Below, piece after piece: positions 14,201 through 26,900 of a stretch of DNA of 64,000 nucleotides. How positions within the stretch are numbered: position 1 is the first letter of the stretch; each line of letters starts with the position of its first letter. Under the pieces are notes generated by a model that saw only the letters and a list, made by a program, of their open reading frames with translations, was not told where the DNA came from and did no database searches. Both the position numbers and the translations under genes were made by a program. The stretch comes from Chrysomallon squamiferum (taxonomy: Eukaryota > Animalia > Mollusca): the NCBI GenBank assembly GCA_012295275.1, contig CM022665.1, positions 32,178,001-32,242,000 on the forward strand, in the 5' to 3' direction.

Positions 14201-15517
14201 AAATTAAAAAATAATAATAATAATAATACACACATTAAGTTGACAAATGCATATAATGAAAACTGGAATTAAAATTTTAGTTTTGTTCTTAATAAATTAA
14301 AAATTCCTATGGCAACTGCATAAATTTTTTTATTTTATTACATTAATAAAAAATTTCAGCTGCTTCACAGAATGGAAGTTACTGATAACAAAAACTGCAA
14401 TTTTAATTCTTATGCTCTAAATATAAGCCTTCAAAGAAATGTTTCCTAAATGATCTTTTAAATGTAATAAATCTTTTAAAAACAATTAACTTAGATGTAT
14501 TGCAGAATCTATTTTTAAAATGAGAAAACCAGCCATAAATTTCCATACTCATTCATTGCTACATAGCTTGGTCTGGACCAGGTGAACTGAGAGGGATGAG
14601 CCATTACAGCACAGTCAATGTCTTTGAATGCACCGGCACGTATCAAATCAATTTTCCCTCCTTTTCCTTCTTCTGCAGGTGTGCCTAGAACAGTCAGCTG
14701 AAATTTATGTGCACTGAAAAATTCAGTTCTAAGAAAAATAAGATTAGCAATTCCTAAGTATCAGAATTTGTGCATGCATTTAGCAGTTAACTGCATGAAT
14801 CATATAGTTTTTTTTTTTTTAAATATTAAACACATAACAATAACTTACTTCAGAAATATGATATGTATTTTTTTTTTTTTTTTGAATGTTAAAATTTTAT
14901 ACTGATTTTGAAACCGGAAATTATATTTTAGATTTTTTTTATAAAACAAAAAGTAAATGGGGAATGTTGTAAAAATTTTATTTATATCTGTTTTATTTAC
15001 CATTTATATATTTTTGAAAGAATAAAATAAATAATTAAATAATAATAATAACAAATTACATTAGAGACAATTTACTATATTTAATAATTTACCAAATGCA
15101 GTATTGATGTTTTCATTTGATCTTTAATGAAGTCCAAAAGAATAAATGTGTTACCTTTCCCATTGGTTTTCCTGCCTTTTCTAATGCCGCCTTTACCCCC
15201 AGGGCTGTCCCAACGCCCACTTCGGCTATAAGATTGTGGCCACAAGCATGTCCCAGTCCTGGAAGGGCATCATACTCGCACAGGACAGCAAGGTTGGGAC
15301 CAATGCCGCTGTCGTACACCGCTTTAAATGCTGTATTAAGTTTATATTTACTGTCCACCAAGAAACCATGACGAATAAGACATTTTGTTAAAAGATCGTG
15401 TGCATAATGCTCTTCGTGTCCCAGTTCTGGATGATCAAAAATAGACTTACTTATTGTTTTTAATTCGTCTTTTGCATTATCGATCGATTTGCATACAGCC
15501 GTTTTCAAATTATCCAT
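11255..15517 (-). CDS. PM20D2: Peptidase M20 domain-containing protein 2 (ACY1L2 / Xaa-Arg dipeptidase), 397 aa
   Basis: Exons 15517-15155, 14697-14549, 14115-13973, 12610-12456, 12087-11847, 11397-11255; all GT-AG, phases match, 1194 nt. M20D motifs: [72 protein letters not shown]. Confidence 0.95.
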
Positions 15518-17501
15518 TACTGTGCATTTATACAATAGCCCCAAACACGACTGTCTAAATTGTAAACTGTAAACCTTAGTTAATTAAGTATGTAAATAAA
15601 ATCTTACGTATCTAAAGCTCATTGCTTGATTTCTTTTCAACACCAACTCAGAAAATAAGTGCAATAACTTCTGTTAATTACCTCCCCTTGCTCTACGTTA
15701 AACCATAAAAACTTTAGAAATAATATTTTATTTGCATGAAATGTTATGATTAAACAACACATGTATTTGAGTATCAACACATGTATTTGAGTATATTAAG
15801 TAAAATATGCTATGAAAATGATTAGGAAAATGGATTAAAATTAGGATAAATAACAAATATAATAACAACAACAACTGAAAAACAAAAAACAATTTTCAAA
15901 TATTACTTTTCCTAAATACTTGAATACTGCAATAGTCTTGTATTTAAACTGTCTATAATTAATGGGTAATTAATTAATTAATTATGATGACTGCTTTCAG
16001 ATACATATTATATCAAATGATTAGCTGTGTTGAAAATAATAAAAATAAAATGCAGTTTTCATTACAAATATGAAGTAGTAAAAACAAAATCTGTTTATCA
16101 TTAAAACTATTTTATTTACAGAATATTTCTGTTTACACACCAGGTAGTACATCAATAATAATAAAAGTCAGTTTTTAACATTATGATACTATAGCTACAC
16201 ATTTGTATGTATATTTTTCAAAACAAATGGGATACATATATATGTACAATTTAATGATTATGATTATAAATGCATTATTTCAATTAACTGTCACAATACA
16301 TTTTTTTATGAAGATGTGGAGTGGTACTACAAAGAATATATGTGGTTCATACTTCTATATCTGTATTTGCTTAGTTATATGATTATATATAATCGTACAG
16401 CTTAGAACAAATATTTGTTTAAACTTTCACATTCTGATCAAAGAATACAAATGTAATGATAATGAACGGATTGCAAATATAAATTAAAATGACAGACTGC
16501 AAAGAGAGATGAAAGAAATAATTATCTTGATAATTATTATATTATAGTGTATCAAACTGAATAAGCAATAAATAAACGATTTCTATGTCAGTACCCTACA
16601 TCATGTACATTTTTCCAACTTTAAAGAACATACAACAAAAAACATTCAGTATTTGTAGATAAAATAGAAAAGTAAGCAAATTTTCAAATTCTGGTAAATC
16701 TAAGGGAGATATTAAAGAAATCTTTCTTAAAAATAATTTTGAATCAATTATTTTGAAGTAGTAAGTATATACAAAACAATTTCAAGGCAGATTTTTTTTT
16801 CCAGAAGGAAAGGATCATGGATTTTAGGATTTTAGGATGCTGGGTAGTTTATTGTTTGGTAAATGTGTACATAACCTCTTCATCATGAAAAACATATAAC
16901 AAAATATGGGAGTTTGTGCACTGGATCTGCTCCAGTTAAGACTTAAACATATATATATATATATATATAAATAGTGTTTCAGTGGAAAAAAACCAATATA
17001 TAAATCCATCACAATTTTTTTCCCTTTTGCCCATGATTTGATTAACTCCTATAATGACCAAAATTTATCAAAATTGTTTTTAGATTAGTTACTAGATACA
17101 TCTTAATTAAAAAACATAATAATAATAGTAAACAAAATTTAATAAATACAATTAGTGTCTAATATATAACATTATTTAGCTACAAGCCTGTAGTTGTTTT
17201 CTAAAAAAAAATTATTTGTCACTCTGATGTTAAAATGAAGATTTTTAAAAATTCAAATAAAAAATCATTTTACTGCTGCCATTGCTCACCGTTTCCTTCC
17301 ATGATGATACATCACATGCAGATTTATACCCCAAATATTACTGTCTTAGAAAAAAATCTTGGACTGTTTTGTATGTCTGCATAGCAGAACTTATCATGTA
17401 CATTACACACGTTCCTTATTTAATTTTGTTGCATGTTCCGTCCTTCATACAGCCTTACAAATGTCATACGCTTATGACATGAATTACTAACAAAATATTC
17501 A

Positions 17502-19818
17502 TTACATTTGTCTCAGTTTTGCCAATCTGCTTGTCAGTTCATCCTACAAAATGAAATAAAATATTAAAATATTTAATAAATTAATTAATTTTTAAATTTT
17601 AATAAAATTAAATAAAATTAAATTAAAACAAAACAAAAAATAGAAGAAGGAAAAATAAAATAAAGTCTTTTAAACATTTTATTCATTATCAATTGGTTAT
17701 TTAGTATTGCATATATGCACAATATTAATGTGTTATTACTACGTAATTATATAATTACAAAATTTAATATTAGGATTTTACTTTGACACTTGTGCAAATA
17801 CCTGTTCTTGTGATGCCTGTGTTGATGCAGATGCTCCAATAGTTGTTGCCTGGGCTTGAGGGAGATCCATGTTCAAGTCTAACCTGTAGTAAATAAAAAA
17901 AAAAATACATAAAATAAGTTTGCTGAATTTGATTTGACTCTTTATGCCTTTTTGTGGTTAATGGCAACATATATTCCAATTTGAGACACTGTTAAAATGG
18001 CATATTTATATTTTATTTAGATTCTTACAAGTCTCAGCTTTAATATTAGTGCATTTAAAAAGTCAACTCTGCCTTTAAACCACTTTTTCATCTCTTTCCA
18101 ACATGATCTATACACAGTGTCTTTCATGGCAAACAAAATGTTGATTTTTTTTTTGAATAAATATTTAAAAAATTATAATCACCCTGCTTCATCAGCAACT
18201 TGCTGCATGAGACTGTCCACTTCTCCTTGTGGTGTTGACAGAGTTGATGTGTTGGCCATTGTGTTTTCCATCACTGTAGACTGAACATCAAGATTTTCAA
18301 AAGACTGTTCAAATCTGTCCATTAACTGAGCTACCTAAAAATATTTAGATATACATTTTGATGAAATTAAAAGCGGTAGAAAAAGAGAAAAAAAAAGAAA
18401 TAATATATATATATATATATATATATATCAAGAGTTAAATTTGATAAAAAAAAATTCTATATTTTATTGGTTTTCAGTTAGTTAGTTGGTCAGGTCCAAT
18501 AAATATTTCGTGAAATATTTTAAAAGACCCAGATGAATGCATGCCTCATAACATTTGCAACACTCTTGCTAGACCCACAGTTGGGACAATTTGGCATGAA
18601 AGAAATGACAGCTTATCAATTAAGTTAAAGGTTTCAGTTATGTTATGCTGCATTCCTATTAGTGGCGGATCTATTAAATTAAAGCTTTCAGATTTTCATG
18701 ACATAAAAATTAATTAAAACAAAGACTGATATGCTACTATTACACACTTACCTTTTCAAGATTCATAGACTTCATTGCTGATTCCATTGATTTCACCACA
18801 CCAGCCATGGACTGTGTGACTTGTTTTGTGGTGATTGCTGTCTGGACTCGGGAAGCAACTGCATCAATTCTTGCACTCATCCGTCTGTATGTCAAAGCCT
18901 GGTTCTTCTGACGAATAGCATTTTCTGCATGAATTTTAGCCCCTTCCATATTTCCTTTTTGTATAGCCTAAAATGAAACACAAATTAAAATAAAAATTAA
19001 AATTAAATCAAATCAAAATAAAAATTAAATTAAATTATTATTAAATACAAATAAATGATATATGTTGCCACTAATAAATTAAGTCTTTGTTGAAAGATTA
19101 CATCATAAACATATTAATATACCATAATATTCTGTGAATGTATTGTGTGTTTGTTAAAAGAGAAAGTGATCAGTCCATAACATCTTTATCCTACACAGTC
19201 AATAATAAGTGAGAAAAAAGAAGTCAAAAATTTTGAGAGGGTGTGAAAATTATATTCAGTACATTTCATTAGTCTAACACAGTGATCTAAAAAGAATGGT
19301 CTGTCAGGTATTTATATATTCAACTCACTTAGTGACTTACCTTTTTCAACTTCATTTTTTCAGCTTTTTCTGTCTTTTCACTCTTGACTGCATTTCTTTC
19401 TAAATCTTTTGCAGCAAACTTTAAATTGAACAAATGTTCTTGTTAATGTTAAGGTACTTTATTTACATATAATTTTAAGGTTAACTATCAATATAAACAA
19501 TCTTAGTTATTAGAAACTAAGAAAACCGTAGTTTAACAAATAAATATGCAAGTATGGTAGTTGTTTAATCTAACATCATTATATCATTGAAATATCCACC
19601 TTCATATTCATTCATGGTGCATATTACAAAACAGATTTAATTAAAACTACTTTAATCAAACTGAAGATGATCATTATGTTCCGCATATAATATTAATAAT
19701 AATAAAATAAACAAAACACTTCGTATTGTTAGAATTGATCTCAGAATACCAGTATTTCGATAAAAATATTTAACGTTTACTTTTATTTGAAATGTACATT
19801 AAAAAGGATACTATCCAT
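17502..19818 (-). CDS. CHMP1B: Charged multivesicular body protein 1b (ESCRT-III, Did2/Vps46 family), 198 aa
   Basis: Exons 19818-19812, 19438-19341, 18967-18752, 18334-18183, 17883-17802, 17543-17502 (597 nt). Translation MDKHLFNLKFAAKDLERNA...AIQKGNMEGAKIHAENAIRQKNQA...DELTSRLAKLRQM is CHMP1B-type with a C-terminal MIM1 (LxxRLxxLR). Confidence 0.95.
19439..19811 (-). other. U12-type (minor spliceosome) GT-AG intron, CHMP1B intron 1
   Basis: 5' splice site GTATCCTTTT. Branch site ACCTTAAC lies ~10 nt upstream of a 3' AAG with no polypyrimidine tract. Confidence 0.88.
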
Positions 19819-20245
19819 AGCTAGATGAAAAATCCTTCAAAACTGCATTAATTCGTCTGTTAATTCTTGCCTAAATAACTATTTATGACTCGCTTTCTTG
19901 TGACTTTTACGTGTGGAATACGTCACATTTTTAACGGTCTATACATATTGTAAAACACTATCAAACATTGATATTAAGTAACATTAAAAATTCTCTTCGA
20001 CAAAAAAGTAAATTCATTAATTTTACTATAATAAAGTAATAATATTTGTATGTGTTTAAAAAATCATAGTTAGGAACAATTAGGTAATATTTAAATTATA
20101 TCATGTTTTATCATATATAATAGAGGAATGGTTAGGAGTATATAAAAAAACCCAACTTCCGGAACGCCTTGTGACATCACCAATATATGTGTACACATTC
20201 GAGCACATGCTTTACTGCTTAGAGTAAAGTAGTTTGTAGTTGAAA
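19819..20245. promoter_or_regulatory. Bidirectional promoter region between CHMP1B and URB1
   Basis: Only 427 bp separate the divergent ATGs. It contains an ETS-like ACTTCCGGAA (20155-20164), TACGTCAC (CRE-like, 19919-19926) and GTGACATCAC (20171-20180). Confidence 0.6.
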
Positions 20246-20874
20246 ATGAAGTTCGTTAAGAAAAGGAAAAGAGAACAACCTGCCAGTGAAAATACAGATG
20301 AAGCAATTGTAGAAAAAAAGAAAAAAGATGAATTTACAGAAATCGAATTTAAGTTAATGCTTCGGGATCCTAACAGAATATTTCATGGTAAGGGCATGAA
20401 ATCACTCTAAGTTATCTTAGAATTAGATCTATTATCACACTCGACTACATTTTCTACTGATCAGTGATCTAGTAATAAGAAATCATGAAATGCAAGTAAT
20501 GCTTAAACTTTTAAAAACTTTAAGTTTAATAAATAAGCATTCATGAAAAATTAAACAACGTTAAATTGTTAAATGTTTTGAATCAAATACAAAGATTAAG
20601 ATTGAAAGAACATACGTTACATAGTAAATTAAAGTAATAGTTTCTATCATCACATAAAATTCCAGCTGTGACAAAAATCATAAATATTTTAGTGAGCAGA
20701 TAATGATACAATCATACAGTGATAATCGTAAAATTTTATCTAACTAACATTAATAAAAGGTATTGAAATGTTATTCATTCATTTTTTAAATTTTATTTTA
20801 TGATTATTTATATTTAACTAGTGAAATTGTAGAAAAATAAATACTAAATGTTTAAATTTAAAAGAACTAAATTG

Positions 20875-20911
<37 letters not shown>

Positions 20912-23900
20912 GTCACAGAATGATAACATTTGACAACATTAACCAATAAATTATTTGTCCATTTTTGTTCCTGCTGAAGACATGACAGTTACGATAGTCA
21001 GTATGAAGACATACTCATTATATTGGCCTTTGCTTTTCTATTCTCTAGAAATCAGATTGAAAAATATTATCTATAAATATAATTGCTTCATCAACATTTT
21101 TCATATATTTACATTTCTGTCTATAGGAAAGTTTAATATTTTTAGTTAAGCATTAATTTCCTCTCTAGATTCTATATGCTATATCATACAGATGTTTAAT
21201 GAATGATAATATGATTAAAAACAAACTTTTAAAATGTTCAGCCATATGGACTTTTTGTTTATAGTTACTGTTTATAGTATCAGTAATTTCATAATCCTGT
21301 TTTTGTTAAAACCACAGGATTTCTTTAAAGAGATTAAATATCAGTTGTCTGCTAACTGAATTTTGGCTATGGTAGTTGCTGACTGCTTAAATAAATGGTG
21401 TGAATACTAACAATATCTGTAATATCTTTCTTGGAGGCTGCTTGTTCCCCAGCCATGCAGTAATAAAATTATACTGAAACAATATCACAGTTTTCAAAAG
21501 AAGGGTGTCTTGGTTTGATACATTACCCAAACAAGAAAAGTGGCTTTTATTTAATGTTTTGGAAAATGACCACCTACCCCTTCTGTCCAGAGAAAGTTGA
21601 GAAACTCCAATAAGACTGAAAAATTAATACATGAAATCATCACTAACCACAAATGACAGTACAAAAAATCTTATTGCCATGATTCTCAAAAGAGAGGATT
21701 ATACCAAATACTCCTTGACAACTCCTATCAGTTTTCCCAAGGATTTAAACCAGTTAACAACCTAAAGCACAATGTTGAATATTTGAAGAAAAAGGAAGAA
21801 TATTGATAGTGTGAAAAAAATAAAAATGCACCTGGCATTCAAAGCATTTAATCAGATACAAATGACCTTCCCTTTATCACAGATATGTTTTGGGGCATGG
21901 AGGCCTTTTACATTCAGTGAATCAGCAAGAATTAGAGACAACTGCATTAGCCTTATCATTTAAATTAGTAAAAACAAATCAAGAATTCATTGCCTAATCT
22001 AGTATCAGAGTATGCTAGCTCAGTGTCTCTGGAACAGCATATTTCATCTGCAAAACAAACACAACTTCTTGATGGTATCATGGAGCAGTAATAATCCTGA
22101 ATAAGTGAGCAGTATAATTAAGCTCTCTTTCAAGTGAAAACCATAACAACTGACTGAGTTGATCAACAAGTTACATGGTGTTTGCTTACAAGAAACTGAC
22201 GAAAACGATAACATTGAAGATTAGATTGTACAGATAGAAAATTGTCAATCCCCAAAATGACAGCCACAGACCAGGTCAGCGAAAGTGTTGCAGATCAGTA
22301 TACACATCAACAGCTTCAAAATGCATGTGATTGCTGTAATGCACTTCTTTTCCCACTGGTCACCAGTAATTTGGTTTCTTATTTCAATCCTTTGATGTGG
22401 GTGATCACTTATGATTAGATTCAGATGAAACCTTTCCCCCCCAAGAAATGGTTATCTCAGGACTACTCACATTGTAATGAGCAAACTGTTATACTGGGAG
22501 TAATACTAATAGTCATATTATTATCCATTTTTAAATTTTATTTATTTTATTATTATTAATATAGCCTTTATAGGTTTAATATTATTGTTAATAAGCTAAT
22601 ACTTGCTTTTTATCATTTTTTTAAATTTATTTTTAATAATAATAATAATAATGTCCTAAAAGCACTAGGACAGGTTCTGTTTTTAGAACCACCACATCCA
22701 GCTGCCATGTTCTGTCTAACTCAGAAATTCCATCTGATCCAGTAAATTGCTTATTTCTGAACCAAATGCCACCAAATTCAAAGAAATCATATAAAATAAA
22801 CTGTAGGTGACTTTTATTGTGCTAAAAATTAATTTTGACACCACTGGATTCAGCTTAATATGACAAACTAGATTTTTATTTGTTTTCATTTGTCTTGAAT
22901 AATAATAATAATGGAATATTACAAAATTTGTTTCAGGTCTCGAGAAGTTTATTGAAAAATCACGTCAGTATAATAATGATGAATATGACATTGTACTTCA
23001 CTATTGTCAATCGACAAGTGACTGCTCTGAAATACTACAGCTGTTGGAAGTAAGAAAACGAAATTCCACAGAGGTAAAATTCTAATTTACTCTATATACA
23101 GATTCAAAAATGATCATCAAAATTCAGCATTAATGTTTATTATTAATTTAAAAACAAAAACACCCCTGCCACCACTGTAAAGCCCCAAAAATTAAAATAT
23201 GAAAAAATATAGGATATTGAAGTGATGATACATTTTTTCATTTCATAATGATAGGGTGGTTTTGTAAAAACTGGACATAAAAGAAAAATGTCTAAATATG
23301 AAAAATTAACATATAACATTTTCCTTTAATTTTTTTCATTCTACATTCCTAAATCTTTTAGATTTAATTTTTTATTATTATGTAGAATTTTAAAATTGAA
23401 TTTTTTTTTTCCCAGTGGATTTTGATTTTAGGTGCACTGGAATGTATCCTGATTCGAATTGCTGGAGACCTTGACAAATACAGAACTCTGGGTCAGGTAG
23501 TTGTTCAGCAACTCGCTGCCTCTCACCTATCACAAATATGCTATTCTCTGAACATGAGCAACAAGTCCAAGCAGATCAAAGTGGCTTTGAAACTTCTGAT
23601 TGCTATGGTAATGATAGGAGGTAGTTCTTGCAGAGCAGTGATCTCCCAGTTCAACTTCAATCATGAGAACATCGTACCTCTTTTTAACAGGAGGGACAGA
23701 AAGGTGAAGACTTATTTTATCAAGGGTTAACTATTATTTTTGTTAAGCATTCATTTAATTTCACCAAGAAGATATATGGTAGCTACAGATAGCTAGACTA
23801 TTGTTAAAATTATGATATATAGATTTTAATACATATACAAATATAACAGTTTTAAGAATGATAGTTTTTACATGAAAAAATTGCCTAAAATGGTAGCTCA

Positions 23901-26900
23901 TTTCATTTAATTAAGACTGGACTGAATGTAAAAATATAATGTGAAGTGAAAAATTTAAACATTTATTGTAATTAAAATTTTATACATCAGTAGTTATACT
24001 GATGTTTGAAAGATGGACAGAAACTCTTTATTGGGGTGCATTTATATTGATATTCCTTGTATTTATGTATTAGTTAACATCCATATTCTTTTTGCTATGT
24101 TTATAAATTTACAAATTTGTCATATTTCAGGATAATCAGGATGTGAGGACATGTTTGGTACATTTTGTGATGTCTTTTCTGTTGGTCGGAGATGGAGGTG
24201 TCATCAGAAAACTAGTAGAACAAAAAAGTACATTTACAAGTCTTCATTTTTAATTTGCATTTAACTTTTTGAATGGTACATGAATGGTTGAGATGTATTT
24301 GCATTACTAAATAATAATATGTGATCACAACTAGCCTAAGTATTGCCCTCATCTTTAAGGATCACCATGTTGTTCATATATAGTTTCTCTTGTAAATATT
24401 CCTGGAAGCATTTTATTTTCTAACTGAATGTGCAGTTGTTTAATTAATACAAATCCCTGTGAAAATGCCCTGTTTCAAGTCTGTCTTGAAAAATTTCCAA
24501 ACATTTGAGAATAAATAATACTGTTCTATCATTAACCTAACATGTTTTCCTTTACTTAGTGTTTTAAGTTATAATGATAAATAATTTTTGACTGTTCGTT
24601 TTTTTCCTTTTTTTTTCCTTTTTTTTTTTTTAGCAATGCTGCAGGGTGTTTTAAAGGGGCTGACCTGTGACAAGTTGTCAACCATACAGGTTGTCATACC
24701 CACAGTTTTAGAGAAGGTATTATAATGCATTTACTTTATTATTACATTATATTATTAGGAATTGCACCAGATGGAGATCACTGCAAGAAACATTTCAATG
24801 ACATATTTGTTTTATTTTTTAAAAATATTTTGGTATTTAGAGAAGTTGGTACTTGATAATTTAAATTTTACTGTTTGATTTAAGCCTGTTGTAGAATAGT
24901 ATTTAGTAAAATATCAAACAGTTTTTAAATTTGCGACAACAAAAATATGCTAAATTTGATTGGATACTATGTTAGATTTAAAAGTGAAGAAAAAAATTTG
25001 TTTTGCAGACAGATGCTGTTAAGTGCATATATTTAATTTATTTTTTGTATTGAATTTCTACACTTTTAGGTTATCCAGAATCCATCAATAAGTAAGACAT
25101 CGAAAGTGCAGCTGTTTTCTGAGAATGTTCTAAAACAGATGAGTAGTCTTTATTACTGGCAGGGACCTTGCAGCTGGCGGAATGCAAATGACAAAATATC
25201 AATGAGGATATCAGTGAGTTTGTAGAAATTGTTTTGTAAAATATACTATTAATATAACTGTATAATTTTTGTTTGCATGTGAAAATACATAAAGTACATA
25301 TTACTAACACTATGTTACTTGTCTTAGCTATTAATAAATATAAAAAATACATAGACCTAACTAAATAAACTGAATAATCAAGAAAAATAATTCAATTGTC
25401 AAGGGTCAGTTTTTGAATAATAAATATTACCTGGATTACTAAAATAAATAAGAAAGTTATTTGCCAAATATTGAAATTATCTGGTAACATAAATGGGCTG
25501 CTTGTGATAAACAACCTATTATATTGTCTACAGTTTAAGCTGTTTATGGTAATTAATTTAAGCAGCATTAAACAGTGTTAGAAAAAGTTTTGGGAAAGAT
25601 TATAATTAATAACATGAAGGGATATAATATTTGTCATACAGTCATATTAAATTTTAAAATGAAAAGCTAATTAAAGAACATAGCCCCCCCCCCTTTATTA
25701 AGAATATTTAAAATTTTCTTTTTTATTTCAGAGAGAAGATAAATGCAGTCATGAAGATTCACAGCTTGTTGCTCAAATGATTCACACATTGTTTCTAGAT
25801 CTTTGCTGTTCATTCAGAAATGGTATCTGTTTCTTTGACAAGACATTTGGAACATCGGGGAAGTAAGTTCTCTAACACTTATTTTAAAATTCAGTGTTCA
25901 CTTTTATCACAAATTATTATGTCAGATGATTTAAGTGGATTTTATATTGCTTGTTAGTCCAGGAAAAATATTACTCTGTTATACAGCTATAATAAAACTG
26001 GAAATAAAATAACAGTATTGTTTTTCATTTTGTGAATTTTTTGAAAAAAAATTATATTCTGGATACATGAATTTTTCAACATTTTTGATTTCTTTAAATA
26101 TTTACAAAACCAAAATTGACTGTATTTTCCAATATTATTTATTATGATCCTCACTTTACTTGTTAAAAATCACGTTTATTTCTAACTTTTAATTATTTAT
26201 TGAATTTAATTGTTTAATTAATACTAATTTATTCATTTTTAGGAATAAGAAATTATTGCTCTTGTTTTATAATTTATTTCAGAAACCAGAACTCATTACT
26301 TACAAAATTGTTTACATTTCTGGTAAAAAATCTGGACAATTCACTGAGTGAGCAGCTCTGTGTAAAGTTTCTTCAAACTTGTCCTGATCAACTTCAGTTT
26401 GTTCTTTCCTCAATGGAGAGTTCTTTATCACCTCGTCCATCTTCCAGATGGGTTTCTAGTGTAGAGTTCCTTAAAAAGGTTTGTCATAATAGTAATTTGT
26501 ATCATAATAATTTTGAATTTTGATAATAATAAGATTAATTTTTTAGAATTTTGTATACTTATTAAAAAGATGACACAGAGAAGATGGTACTTGTCAGTAG
26601 CTTCTTACTAACCCCTTTGAATTAATTTCATCAAATGAATTGTTCCACATTTATTGTAATTTCACTTTAGGTTCAGTTTGAAAATTTCACTTCAGATATG
26701 TACATTCAAAAAATTCTCACTTGGAGTTTATACATTTCTAAAATTTAGCTACATTTTTAAAATTTCATTTCATACATCTTTAAAAATATTGCTTCAGGTT
26801 TATGCAATCTTTAAATTTCACTTCAGTTTATACATTTTTAAAAATTTATTTCAGGTTTATGCTGCACAGCCAGAATGTCCACCTGTGTTAGCTCACTGTG

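Noticed and set aside
15755-15794. Perfect 20-bp tandem duplication upstream of PM20D2
   Set aside because: Ordinary slippage duplication with only two units and no spacer, so not CRISPR-like.
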